This document shows positions 49,926 to 63,205 of a stretch of DNA of 64,000 nucleotides, piece after piece. The translations under genes were made by a program, and so were the position numbers. The DNA comes from Carcharhinus amblyrhynchos (taxonomy: Eukaryota). Under the pieces are notes generated by a model. It was not told the origin of the DNA, made no database searches, and saw nothing but the letters and a program-made list of their open reading frames with translations. Within the stretch, counting starts at the first letter, position 1, and every line of letters starts with the position of its first letter. The stretch covers positions 19,530,001-19,594,000 of the forward strand of contig OZ336889.1 of the NCBI GenBank assembly GCA_965287045.1. The letters are read 5' to 3'.

Positions 49926-50102
49926 TTTTTTGTCATTTCAGTATTCCTGAGTGAAGCTTTTATGACAAATAAACTCATATTGTCTATATTGCAACTTTCT
50001 AAACAGCTGCTTGTTCAGTGGCTGTTCTGTTGATTGCAGTACTGTTAGATTTATTGTCTACAATCTGCATTTGAGGATTTAGCAGATCTTTAATTTAGAG
50101 TA

Positions 50103-50450
50103 GGCATGGTGGCACAGTGGTTAGCACTGCTGCCTCACAGCACCAGAGATTCAGGTTCGATCCCAGCCTTGGGTGACTGTCTTTGTGCACATTCTCCACA
50201 TATCTGCGTGGATTTCCTCCAGGTGCTCCAGTTTCCTCTCTCAGTCCAAAGATGTGCAAGTTAGATGGATTGGTTATGCTAAAATTGCCCCTAAGTATCC
50301 CAAGATGTGCAGGTTAGTGTGATTTAGCAGGCTAAATATGAGTGATTACTGGATTAGGGCAGGGATGGGCTCGTGTAAGATGCTCTTTCGAAGAGTCTGT
50401 GCAGACTGAATGGGCCAAATGGCCTCCTTCTGCATCGTTGGCATTCTATG
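50103..50450 (+). mobile_element. HE1-type V-SINE
   Basis: Head, V-domain and tail. Confidence 0.88.
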
Positions 50451-52017
50451 AGTCAGGATCAGTAGATTATTGCACATGAATCATTGGTGACCAGCCTTCC
50501 CCAACAAGTACTGGCACAGTGATATCTAGTAATGTATCTATAGTGTAAACCTGCTCGTATGCAGTGTCTGGCTATCCAGACTGTGTTGTGTTTCTTTTTG
50601 ATCTAATGCTTTCTGTTTGCGTGCAGTCTTTGACTTTCTGATGTCTTAATGTGGGAAAAAGGTAATTTCACAGTTGAAACTTCCGATGATAAAGAAAGCA
50701 TTCTAGCATTACAGAGTGTGACGCTGCTGTAGCTGTTGCCTCTGGAGACTTTTAGACGTGCAGTGCAAAGAGATTTGTTAGACAGCCAAGGCTCTGTGAA
50801 GAGGGATCTGTTAGAATCGGGAATAATGAAAATAGCCCTGCCAGCAAACATTAAGATTGTTGACAGGAATGAACTTTTTACAACACAATTTGTCATCTCC
50901 TGTGTGGCATTCTTTCCTTTTTCCCTGTGTTCATAAAGGTGAAGGATTATGGTGCTGGAGACTTGTGACTTGATGCATAGTGACAGCAAGAAGAATTCGG
51001 CATAGTGTGTCACAGTGGAAATGTTTCCTGGCATTGCCTCAATTTCAACACTAACCTTACAGCAAATAAACTCCTTTTTCGCTGCCATTATCAGCCAGTA
51101 CTCTTGGATATGGTTCTTTTTCTCCCAGTTCAATTCTTAGAGTTTACGTGGTTGGGCGTAGCAACCTAATTAATTTTGCAACCAGCAGATTGCGTTGCCA
51201 AAGGGGGAAAAAAACGTCAACCTGGCTTCACTGAAGATAAAGTAAGGAAGGTGCCTTTACATATGCTGATTACAGTAGAGCTCGGACGGGCAATGATGAA
51301 TGTAAATGCAGAATTGCATAATGTTGCAATTTTGTCCAGTGGTGGTGGCAGGTTTGTTACACGTTTTTACGCACTCCAATTAGGTGGTTTCCGTTGATTC
51401 TGCTGTTGCTAAGAAGCTCATCCATCTCATTCAGGGTATTGCCAGGAGGACCCCACTTTGGAAGCAGAGGGAGTTGAAGATATGAACCGGTTTACGCCTA
51501 CTCAGATGCTTTTGGCAATAACGCAGGGGACGGTGTACATTTTCTACTCATGCTTGTTCTACTCATGCTGGGCAACATGTAATATGTTTATTGGGATTTC
51601 CAACTTTCGTGACTTTTGGTGTTATTGAGTAGGTAGAACAAATATGATCAAAGACAAGGAAAACAGGCCTTAGAAATGGCAACAAAAAACTCTGAACCTA
51701 ACGTCTGAACAAAGAATCCCATTAATTGAAGTAAACCTGAAACTACAGCTTGTGTGAGGTTTCCCTTGGTGGAGAAGCTGTCTGAAGTCCAGGTCACCAA
51801 AGTTTGAAGCTGTGGTCAATGCTTTGAAAAATGTTGTTATCGCAAAGGCACAAAAGCAGCTCTCATGTTTTAACGTGTGGAAGTTAATGTTAAATTGCTG
51901 ACATGAGTGCGACCCAGAGGTTATATTACCAAGAGAAAATAAAATGCTTTACCCTCAGTTATTCAAAATGTGGCTAGCCCAGAATACAGAAGGAAACTCC
52001 TGTCGGGGATGTCATTG

Positions 52018-52700
52018 AGGAGAGGCAATGGTCTAGTGGTATTGCTGCTAGACTATGAATCCAGAAACTTAGCTAATGTTCTGGGGACCCGGGTTCAGAT
52101 CCTGCCATGGCAGACAATGGAATTTGAATTCAATAAAAAAAAATCTGGAATTAAAAATCTGCTGATGACCATGAAACCATCACCAGTTGTCGAAAAAACC
52201 CATCGGGTTCACTAATGTCCTTTAGGGAGGGAAATCTGCTGTCCTTACTTGGTGTGGCCTACACAGATGGAAGCTTTTTCCCAGGGCAGAAATGACAATT
52301 ACAAGGAGCAACAAGTTTAAGGTAAGGGGGAAAAGGTTCAGTGAAGATGTGCAGGGGAAGTTTTTTACACAGAGGATCGTGGGGGCTTGGAATGCACTGC
52401 CAAGTGAGTTGGTTGAAATGGTCATGTTAGTGACATTTAGGACTTACCGGGATAGACACATGAGCAGGCGGGGAATAGAGGAATACAAGCAATTGGTCTG
52501 GATAGGACAACATGATTGGTGCAGACTTGGTGGGCCAAAGTTCTTGTGCTGAACTGTTCTTTGCTCTTTCTTCTTTCTTTGTTCTTTGTGCATGTGACTC
52601 CAAAGCCATAACAATGTGGTTGCCTTCAAGGGCAACTGGGGTTGGGCACAAAATTCTGGCCAGCCAGCGATGCCCATGCTCCATGAATGAATAAAAAAAG
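52018..52700 (+). mobile_element. Third-family SINE split by a CR1 3' fragment (52264-52590)
   Basis: The SINE breaks at ggcctaca and resumes catgtgactcc; the insert encodes KFFTQRIVGAWNALP. Confidence 0.85.
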
Positions 52701-53377
52701 TCAGTCAAAAACCCTAAAGGAGGGGAAAAGAAGCAACTTCAGTCTGCAAATAGATTAAAAGAAATGTTAAAAATCTACCAAAGTTCCTCAGCCTGATTCA
52801 AAAATTACTCAATACCAGCTAGCAGTCCCGAATAATGTGCAGATGTTGCTGTTTCTGAAATGTGTTGGCTTAGCTTGCACAAACTGCTATTCTGTTCGTC
52901 AGTATGAAGATCAATAATGTTGGATAGCTGAGAGATGTGTGGGCCTATATCTCTGGCTGACTGATGCCCTAATCTGAATTTAAGCTGGAAGACCTAACTC
53001 GATGTGGTTGACGCTGGTTATAATTTAGAAGTTGTCACTTAATCAATTTTTAGGATCATTGACCTCTCCTGCTTGATTATTGGTGCCTACTAGTTATTGA
53101 TTAGGAAGCGTGAAGTCATTCTTTTTTTTTATTTCTGATCTATAATGGTTATTGGTCCCAATTTCTGATGTCTAACATATTTTAAGATTTTCTAAATCTC
53201 CTTGAGATGTGATACATCTTTGGATATTTGGGCACTTTATTGTGCTTTTTTTTGTTTGAGAGCACTTTGAAAATATAATTTCTCTAATAATAGAAAATAG
53301 CTAGTTGACCCTGGTACAGAAAAATGTACCTAAATTAATTTATCAGTGCACCAATGTGGTTGCTTGCACCTTGGGTT

Positions 53378-53720
53378 TCATAGAATCATAGAAACGCTAC
53401 AGTGCAGAAACAGGCCCTTTGGCTCATTGAGCCTGCACCAACAACAATCCCACCCAGGCCCTTTCCCTATATCCCTATACATTTACCTGCTAATCCCTCT
53501 AAGGTACCCATCCCAGGACATGAAGGGGCAATTTTAGCATGGCCACTCAACCTAACCCACACATCTTTGGACTGTGGGAGGAAACCAGAGCACCCGGAGG
53601 AAACTAACGCAGACACGGGGAGAATGTGCAAACTCCGCACAGACAGTAATCCGAGCCGGGAATCGAACCCAGGTCCCTGGAGCTGTGAAGCAGCAGTGCT
53701 AACCACTGTGCTACCGTGCG
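53378..53720 (-). mobile_element. HE1-type V-SINE (young)
   Basis: Complete copy with CpGs retained. Confidence 0.92.
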
Positions 53721-54216
53721 GTTTCTCTGTAGTAGAATAAGGGCCCACCAAGCAAGAGGGCACGGGAGTCAGGAGAGTGCCTGCTGACAATTACACTGCC
53801 AGCTAGGACCATTGAAGAGTCAGAGTGAAGCGATTTCATGTGCCCCATTTACTTTAATGGTTGGTGGATGGGTCATTTGGCCAGGCGACCTTCACGCAAT
53901 GGCTACAACCTTGATCCAGGGCGGGATGAAATAAGAAATAAAAAGATGGTGCCCGGCGACTGAGGTTTTCTGAGTTCCGCTTTCAGATGTTTGAATGTGC
54001 TGACTAGACACAGATTGCTGTGCTTCTTCATCATGTTTAATTTGTAGAGGTTTGCAGCTCCCTGAGACATCTCCGCTGAAGCTGTCTGCCGTGAGTGGGC
54101 CCATTAGAAGTGCCAGCATGTCCCATCTCTTGGTTCCTGCTCTCTTCTTTCCCCCCACCCTCCTTTCCCCCCTCCTTCTGCCCCTTCCCCCCCTCCTCAC
54201 TGAGTGTGCGAGCCTG

Positions 54217-54237
54217 ATGGGTGCAATATTCAGGCCA
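54217..54237 (+). CDS. Candidate short alternative first coding exon (MGAIFRP), phase 0
   Basis: ATGG after a C/T-rich promoter-like tract (54140-54200); donor CCA|GTGAGT at 54238. Confidence 0.3.
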
Positions 54238-54389
54238 GTGAGTTTTGTGTTGGTGCATGTATTGCACTGAGCTTTGTTCTTCAACGTTTTAGTCCCTCTG
54301 CTGTTTCCTCTTAGTGTGCAACAGTATTTAATTTACATTGCAGTAATTCCCGAACGTGAAGTAGATAGACTGTATTGTTAACTATTGAA

Positions 54390-54784
54390 TGTAGTGTGGT
54401 ATGGTCAATCCACTGTGTAGGTGTGCACCAGAGAATTCCAGCACACCTACGGATCAAAAGGTATCAAGACAGAACTGTGATCCAGTATTGCTGTGGTATA
54501 GAGGAAAGCTGAGTTCTCTTTGTTGAGCTTATTGATTTGTTTGTGAAAAATCATTGTTTCCAGTTTGTACATCTTTAAGTTTTCATTATTAGATAGTGAA
54601 TTTTGCTTAATATCTTTTACTTTGACAAAATTATTGTATTTCTAGTTCCAACTCTAAACCTCTTGTCTTCAGAGTAATTCAATGATTGCGTTTTTACGTT
54701 GGAACTGGAATAAGTTTATTTAAGGTTCAAATAAAATGTTCACCTGAAGCTATGATTCTGGGTTGAACCCTAACATTTGCTACA
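54390..54784 (+). mobile_element. Possible solo LTR
   Basis: TGTAG...CTACA termini and AATAAA near 54730; TSD not convincing. Confidence 0.35.
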
Positions 54785-57267
54785 TTGTGGAGCTGAGTAA
54801 GTTCTTTTTGATCAGTGGAGTTTGTGGTGGTATTGTTTACAACTTGTACCTGTTTATACAATACTGTAACTGAACATGACCCCTTTGCTATAGCAAATAC
54901 AACACTGGAGACTGGAATCTAACACTGGCAAATCCGTGCAGTCTGCCTGTAATAAATTTTACACTAGCTTAACATAGTTCAGTCGTGGATGATGACAGCT
55001 CTGTTGCAGCATTCAGCTACCCTATTTATTTTAGGTCTGTAAAATAATAACTTTGCAGGATACCATTTAAACATACAGTAGGTTATTTGGCAAGGCGCTG
55101 GAATTAACTAGAAGATACATTAAATTGAATCATTTTGAACTTATTACTCAGATGGTCAACAGGAAAGAATACTGTCTGCATTGCCCGCAATAATAATTTA
55201 TGAACCCTCATGTATAAACGTTCCTTTGGTCTTGCCAGTTTCATTTGTAAAGGTTGTCTGATGCAGTTTATTCACACACATGAAAAGGTCCATTATTAGC
55301 AAGTGCTGGCAAGGAGCACTATGCCTCGAAGATTATAAAGTTGAGTGAGTTTAGGTCTCAGACACGGCTTCCTGCTGTATGCTTACTGTTTTCTTTTAAA
55401 TTTTGAAATGGTCCCCAGAGATTTTGACTTGGGACTTTTAAAAGGATGGGTGCAGACCAAGTTCATGGCAATTCTAGTTTGTGTATTATCCATCGTGTTA
55501 AGAGTTGGCATGCATATGGCAGTTTAAACGTTTACATGGTGATGTTGGGTGTGAAAAGAATAGAAACGTAACATCAAATGATCCATTTCTTTTCTCTCTG
55601 TCCTTTTTAGCTTCATATACAGGGTATCTGTTTATCACTATTTGGATTCCAACTGCTGGGGAGAACACAACTGTGCCGCAGATATGTTGTACAATTGCCC
55701 ATTCGCTAGCTAGAGGTTCAATTGAACCTGGGTGTGCTGATCCCAAACTCTTCCATCTATGAAAAAAGTGTATGCTTCTTTTGTTGTTAATAATGATCTA
55801 AGAAAATTAAATTCCCTTAAAAAAACTGCATGTGTCAGAGAGACATACTCCTGTTTTTTTCTTAACAGATCTGCTAGTGACAGAAACAATTAGTTTAATG
55901 TCACAAATCGGCTTACATTAATGCTGCAATGAAGTTACTGTGAAAATCCTTCTCTCCACTTAAAATTCTGGATTTAAAAATTGGGTTTCCCTACTTCCCA
56001 GTCTCTGGATACATCTGAAAGGCACTATTAAATCAATCCTCATTCTCATTTCAAACACATACACTCGTCTCTACCTGGCTCCCTTCACAGCAGTATTCCT
56101 TTCTCCCATGCTGACTTCTCCAACAAATTTGTCTTCAGTTCACATTTCAACTGCTTGCTTTCCCTTCAATCTGTCCCTTTCCTGCTGGCATCTTCCTTCT
56201 TCTCACTCTCTGAAAGCAGCAGATGGCAGGTGGGCAGGGGTAGAAGTCCTGGTGGCCAGAGACCACCAGCTAGTACCAGGGGAAGACTGACTGGCAAGCT
56301 TGCGAGTCTTGATGCGGGTGGTGGTGGGCAGCCATAGGCAGGTGTCTCAACAGAAGGAAGAGGGGGAAGTACTGCTGCCTCAAGAAATTTAAAAGCTGTA
56401 GTTCTTTCTAGCTGTTTGCAGCAGCGCCGGGGAGATTCATTTCCTATTCTGAGGTACTTGAACAACTGGGAAGTTTGGCAACCATTATTTCTGTAGGTAT
56501 TGTTTCACCAAACATTCCTTCCCATTATGTCTTGTGTAAAAACATGTTATAAATATCTAAATCACAATGAACATTTAAATAATAATTGCTCTTGGGGAAG
56601 GCACACACCAGCAATGTTGGTTGATGAGGTTTCAGGGAACAATGGTTAGAATTATGATTCCCCTTGCTGAATTATATGAAGATAGGGTAATTAGTATAGT
56701 GGTTACGTTCATGGAGGAGTAATCCATATACTTGGACTAACCACCCAGTTTAAATCTCACCACTGGCAAGTTTAAGCTAAATAAATTAACTGCATCTAGA
56801 TAGCATCGGTAAAAAATCTATCTGATTTACTCGTTCTTTAAGGATTAAAATCTGTTTTTTCAACCTGATCTGGCCTATGTGTATCTCCAGACCCAGTGGT
56901 ACGCTTGACTCCTAACTGCCCTCAAAACTTGCCTTGCAAACCATTTATATTCTGTTTTTTGGCTGACATCTGAGTTCCCCCATCGGTGCACCCATATAAC
57001 AATCCCACTCCTAATCTCTGACCATCTTCTATCTTCTCCTATCCTCAAACCCCCCCCCCCCAAACTCTGCTCTAGCTTTTATCCTTGCTTCCTCCAGCTT
57101 CTCTGCCTCCTCTGCCATCCCCAGATTTAATGCAGTTCTAGCCTTCCCTTTTCCCAGTGCACTGCCACTGTGACCTCTCTCTCTTCCAATGTCCAAGCCC
57201 CAAATGCTATCCTTACTCCTGCCCCTGTTCCTCTAACCTTCCTGCTCTCACTTCACCTGAATTTTTG

Positions 57268-57378
57268 AGTGGGATTTTCTGCCTCAAGACCCAAACATCC
57301 CGCCCGATTCAACAGACCTTTCCATGGTCCGTGTCCCTACCACCACAATTCTCGTGGTGGATGGAGCGGGAAAACTTG
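57268..57378. mobile_element. Short Harbinger-type MITE
   Basis: Reverse-complement similarity to 2385-2505 and 62911-63028. Confidence 0.5.
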
Positions 57379-57842
57379 TTTCCAGTTGCCACAGTTGAAG
57401 AGTTTTTTTGGAAAAAAAGCTGCAATGTGATTTTGATCACATCAGTTGCATTTTAGATCCTGGTCTGCAAGTAATTAATTTTTAATCACTCTTTTAATGT
57501 GATGAGGGCATTTATTGCTCATCCCTATATGCCATGAAAAGATTTGATACAATCAATGATTTGCTAAGTCACTTCAAAGGGCTGTTAAGTTGGTGTGGGT
57601 CCTGGGTCAGTCTGGGTGAGTTTTCCTTCCATTTGTGACTTAGTATTTAAGAAAATTACACAGCGCCAAGCCGCTTCTGCTTATATCAACTTTTGAGGAA
57701 CATACTCCCCCTTGCGTCTCGCCTCTGTCAAATAGTCTCTGCACTGCAACCAAAATCGAGGACTCCCAGTCCCCACTGTGCCCCGTATATTAATGCCACT
57801 CCCAACCTCTAACCATCTTCCACCTTCCTCAGTGTATTAAGT

Positions 57843-58078
57843 TTTGTACACCGAGGGTGGTGGGTGCCTGGAACTAGCTGCTGGGGGAGGTAGTGGAAGC
57901 GGATATGATAGTGACTTTTAAGGGGCATCTGGACAAATACCTGAATAGGTTGGGAATAGAGGGATATGATCCCCAGAAGGGTAGGGGGTTTTAATTCAGA
58001 TGGCCAGCATGGTCAGTGCAGCCTCAGAGAGCCAAAGGACCCTGTTCCTGCCTGTAATTTTCTTTGTTTTCTGTTCTA
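57843..58078 (+). mobile_element. CR1/HER1 3' end
   Basis: Similar to 36390-36613 (agggtggtgggtgcctggaac...ttctttgtttt). Confidence 0.85.
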
Positions 58079-59571
58079 TTAGAAAAATAAATTGGTGTAG
58101 GGATGTAATATTTCCTGTCTAAATGCAGCAAGGCAGGACACTGCATATGCATTTTGAATAGTTCCGCAGACCTTCTCATTAGGGTTGGTGACAGTACCGT
58201 AGGTGTCGTGATTATGATGTGACAGCAGGTGAAGCAGGTAGTCTGCCTGAACCTCATTACATTCCTTGCTGAGCCCAGCTGCCTTGCCCCTCTTGGGGGG
58301 TGGGGGGGGAGATGCGAAACTCACCAACCTCAAGCCCATTAGGCCGGCCAACAACAAAGGAAATCTTTTCCAAGTAGTCACGGTTAGAATGGGAAACAGT
58401 GTGTGGATGCAGTTTGATTGCTACAGCAAGTTCAGATTCCGCGTTCTGGAACTGCAGCAGAGCGAGCATGAGTTGACTTAGCCCCTCTCGTGTTGTTAGA
58501 TTCGGGACTGATCTCTGAAATGGATTGCTCTTTGTTTTGACAACTGGAATTTATTTGTGGTCCAGGATCGTAAAATTATAATACACGACACTTGTGACCC
58601 TTGAGAAAAGTCTGTTTTAACTCTCAGGAGCTGGAGTTGTGATAATCCTGACATCATGGCTATCTGTGAATCATTCTTATCACAGCGAGCAAAGAATGAG
58701 GCTGCGATGTTCCCTGGCTACAATTGCCTTTGGGATGACCAACACGCAGATGGTGCAGAATCATCCTGCATAAATTTTCAGCTTCCTATGAGCGAGACAT
58801 GGGCCTTTGAAGTGCTTTCGACAGATGCACGCTTTAAGGAAGGAAAGTTCTTCTGACAACAGTTTAGAGTCCTTTAGTGTTACGATGTAATCAATAAAGT
58901 TTAATCATTTACAGTGAGGTGCAATATTCTACTCATTAACAACTTGTAGTACTCCTACAAGGATTGCCTAGGAAATTAAATCGACACAAATAGCCTTGCC
59001 CAGCTTGTTTGCTGTTGGACAGCATGCATGCATGTGGATGACCTGACTAACTCTACCCCCCTACCACTGTCCAACCCTTCTGGAGCCTCCTCCTCATGAC
59101 TCCTGTCCCCTCCTCAGGACACCCAGCGTTAGCCTTGCACTTGTCCCATGCACCCTAGCAGACATCCTGACCTCCTTGACATCTTGTATTCTGAGGGGTG
59201 GGTCAAGGAGGTAAATGCAGGGCCCATGTACCCCTCTGATGCTGCCAGGCCCCCCAGTGGCCCTGGGGGTTGGCTGGGCTTGGACTGAGGGAAAGGAATT
59301 GCCTTTGGAACTCTATCCCAGGATGAGGGTTTAGTAGTTAGACTGCCCCTTCCAGCCCTGGGTAACTGAACATCACTCTTGGCACGATGATTTCACGCAT
59401 CTTTGGCTCACAGCTGCAGTCAACTTCAAAAGCAGCTAAGTGCTCTCAGTTCCTCCTTTGTGTAAACATTGCAATAAGGAACATTGGCATGAGGGGGGCA
59501 TAATTAAGATGCGTTCACTGGTGAAGGGAAAGATAAACAGTGCATGCTGTGTAAAAACCATTCATCTTTAT

Positions 59572-59878
59572 GGGCGCTGCGGTGGTTAGTACTGCTGCCT
59601 CACAATGCCAGGGACCCGGGTTCAATTCCAGCCTCTGTCACTGTCTTTGTGGAGTTTGCACATTCTCCTCATGTCTGTATGGATTTTCTCCAGGTGCTCT
59701 GGTTTCCTCCCACAGTTCAATGATGTGCAGGTTAGGTGGATTGGCCATGTTAAATTGTCCCTTAAGTGTCAGGGACATTAGCAGGGGTGACAGGGATAGA
59801 GACTAGGTAGGATCGTTGGCGCAGGTTTGATGGGCCAAATTCTGCACCGTAGAGATTGTATGATTCTGTATTCTATGA
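59572..59878 (+). mobile_element. HE1-type V-SINE
   Basis: Head, V-domain and tail. Confidence 0.85.
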
Positions 59879-60419
59879 ATATCTTGTTAGACTGCACTAT
59901 GAAATTGAATGAAAGCAAAGTTTTTTAAAGGAAGGCAAAGGACTTCAAAGAATTTCCGAGCATTTGTGCTTTCTAGGAAGGCTCTGAAATGTGGTATAGA
60001 TGAAATGTTAAAAAGATGGGGCTGCATGAACAGCTGTGGTGAAAGGACCCACTTATCCTAGTGAAAGTGACCTCTCCTGTCAATCAGAGGACTTGAAAGG
60101 GGCATTCCCAGCACCAAAACCCATCTGGTGCAGTTCCTGGGGAGTTGGGTGAATGACAGGAGTGAATGAAGCTTCAACCCTGCTAATGACATTTAAATCA
60201 ACACATCTGCATCATCATCAGGTTTCCCACTTGCTGTGGTTGGGTGCATTGGAAATGTTTCGATGCCTGGCGGCAATATTGTTTTAGTCCTGATGCTCTA
60301 TTCAGCGATCCATCGAGATTATCGTTAGTGGTGAACGCAACCGGTGAATCTCCCCTGAGCCCCTGTTGGGACAATTCCATCCAGTAGCTAAAAGCCCTGG
60401 CTTAGCAAAGATGATGTAG

Positions 60420-60670
60420 TACACATCTCTTTAACCTATGCTTAATGCTATCTCCATTCACATTGTCTGCACCTTCAAGGGTTGATTAGCTGTAAAGACT
60501 TGCATTCTAGTCAGTATTCTGTAAACTGAGTGTGCGTCTTTATATGCTCTGTTTGTGATCAGAACTCCCCATTCGCCTGACGAAGGGGCAGAGCCCCGAA
60601 AGCTAGTGGTGTTTGCTACCAAATAAACCTATTGGACTTTAACCTGGTGTTGTGAGACTTCTTACTGTGT
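60420..60670 (+). mobile_element. Penelope-like element 3' end
   Basis: Similar to 22875-23109. Confidence 0.85.
60574..60608 (+). ncRNA. Minimal type I hammerhead ribozyme motif (Penelope-associated)
   Basis: cgc-CTGACGA-a-GGGGC-aga-GCCCC-GAAA-gc-TA-gtg: catalytic core boxes, 5-bp helix II, palindromic AGCT helix III. Confidence 0.65.
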
Positions 60671-62124
60671 TAACGAAGGATGCACAGGAGCATTGGGGCA
60701 AATGGAATGATTTAGTGAATGAGAAATATCAAGCAGTTAAATGGAGAGGTAAACACATCTCTGTGCTTCTGGTGTGAAAAGAGCTCAACACCTTACAATG
60801 GTACAAAGTTAATATTGAATGCAAACTGCACTGTTCTCGAATGTAAGAGAAATGGGTTGGGATTTTGTCAGTGTTTAAGAAAATGGTATCGGTGGACTCT
60901 CCATCATAGTTTCACCGCTAGGCCATTTTCCCAATGGCAGTAATGGCTGGCACTTGACCATCCATTAGCTGGAGGTGGGTGGTCAATTTACATTATGAAG
61001 TAGCTCTGTTACAAGCCTGCTGTCAAAGGAGCCTTCTCCTCTCCCTCCCCAGCAATTTCCTGGGAGGTAAACCTTGTTTTTGGGTTGAACTGTAGAGTGA
61101 TGTAGGAACAGACCTGAAAGTGTTACCCCTCTGACCACTGGGCCTCTCTGTCTGCTCCCAACCACAGCAGTAGATTTCTCACCTGTCCCTCCGGGGTGCC
61201 TCAAAATAGAGCCACTCTCCGTGGTGCCTTCAAAGCTGCAGAGCTGCCGTCTGATTGGGCCAAATACATGGAGTGCCATGCTGCCATTGATAATTGGACA
61301 GTGGTCCCAGTGACAACCTCTTAATTAACCAGCACTGGGGGGGGATTGCCACCATGGACCTGCTGGCCACCTCAGTGGGCTCTGGTTGCAGCGGCAAGAC
61401 TTGCCTTGTTTTAAGAAAATCCTTGCCATTATTGTTTCATGTGTGATGGATTCTCGATTTATTGAATGTACAATGATGATGCAGTCCCCTGTCCGGTCTA
61501 TATCAATACGCAGCTCACTGTTTAATTTTCTCTGATATATGATGACTGTTTTGCATAATATATGGTGATAACATAACAATCCTGCCTTTCTAGCAATGCA
61601 ACCACATGATAAACTAAATAGTTTTAACAAAAAACATCATTACATCCTGTTCCAGTCACATCATGTACTTGTCTCCATTCTGAAAGTCATCAAGAACCAA
61701 AAATGAGATGTTGTGAGGAAGGCAATGGAACACAATACTCTCGTATCATGTGGTGGAACAAAGCTCTGTCTTGGGAACTAATATTATTTCTGACCTTTCT
61801 TCGATAGTTGCTTAAAAGCGCAGATTTCTAATTGGTCAAAGATGGTTTAATCAAGAACAGTTATTATCCTTGTCACCTCTTCATAAAACTCAAGTTGGTG
61901 AGAATTGACCTTCCCGGTACATAACCATGTTGCCTGTCACTAACTCATCCATTTTCTTCCAAATATGCATATATCCTGTCTCTCTGTGTCTTCTCCAAAA
62001 ACTTCCCCACCACTGGTGCCAGGGCCAGGATTTCCCCAGAATGAGGCAAGCCCTGCCGTCAGCTCCAGATGTGGGTCCGGACTGGTTAGTATCTTGGAGT
62101 CATCACTGTCAGTGTGACCAGTCA

Positions 62125-62235
62125 TGATGTGGAGATGCTGGCGTTGGACTGGGGTAAACACAGTAAGAAGTCTCACAATACCAGTTTAAAGTCCGACAGG
62201 TTTATTTGTAGCAAACGCTACTCGCTTTTGGAACT
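62125..62235 (-). mobile_element. Penelope terminal fragment
   Basis: Matches 22660-22770. Confidence 0.8.
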
Positions 62236-62897
62236 GGTCAGCAGACAGAACCTTGGCTAAAAAGACAATGCCTGTAGCAGCACTGTGCTCTCTGAACATT
62301 AGGCGTTGAATCACACCAGGCTTAAATCTACTGTGCCCTGGTCCATTCAAACTTAAACCTGCCCTATTCAATCTTCCCTGTCTAAAAATAAATGAGACAG
62401 ATTCATTGCCAATCCAATTATTATGGATAAGCTGGTGATATATTTATTGTTATGTTTTTAATTAAATTAAGTTTTCTTTGACTTGAATGAGTGAGAAATA
62501 TTTTAAGCGACATGGAAATATTTGTTGTGTTAAAGCCAAGACGGTTGGAGCCAATAGAATGGAGCATGATTTATTTTGGTTGACAGTGGCAGTGTACACT
62601 TTCAGGTTGGGTACAAGCCGGGATTCATGCAAGAAATCTCCCTTTCATTATATCTCAGCCCAAACAAACCTCCTCTTATCAATGTGATTAAAAAAAATAC
62701 TCTTGTAGGTGCCATCTCTGAAACCAAGTTATGCAGTTTCAAAAAGCAGATAGGTTTTCGCTCTGCCTTTGCATTCAAGTAGGATTCCATTGATATCCCT
62801 TCAAACCTGTCTTGCTTATCAATCAGAGATGGACCTTACAGAAAGAGAGAGGCAACGTTCATTCTGTTAGGCTGAGTTGGCTGTAAGCCTGAAGTCA

Positions 62898-63205
62898 TAC
62901 ATAGAATCATAGGGTGGATTCCACCCACCACGGGAATTGGAGTGGGCGGGTCAGGAGCATGCAAAAATCCGTTGACCTTGGGTGGGACTTTCTGGTCTTG
63001 GGGTGAGCACGGAGGGAAAATTCCAACCAAACAATCCCTACAGTGCAAAAAGAGAGCATCAAGTCTGCACCAACAACAATCCCATTCTGGCTCTATCCCC
63101 ATAACTGCTCATATTTACCCTACTAATCACCCTGACATGAAGGGGCAATTTACCGTGGGCAGTCAACCTAATTAGCACATCTTTGGGGTGTGGGAGGAAA
63201 CTGGT
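62898..63205 (-). mobile_element. HE1-type SINE 3' half with MITE (62911-63028) inserted in its tail
   Basis: catagaatcata | gggtggattcc...aaaattccaacc | aatccctacagtgc. Confidence 0.7.

Noticed and set aside
48379-49978. Reverse transcriptase ORFs as a functional gene or retron-like system
   Set aside because: Frameshifted, 5'-truncated CR1 copy with the catalytic region split across frames.
50603-51133. Longest ORF in the track (176 aa, minus strand)
   Set aside because: Non-ATG start, no recognisable domain, no clear splice signals; consistent with chance.
59900-60200. Possible Harbinger Myb/SANT ORF remnant
   Set aside because: Similarity too faint to support by eye; needs a profile search.
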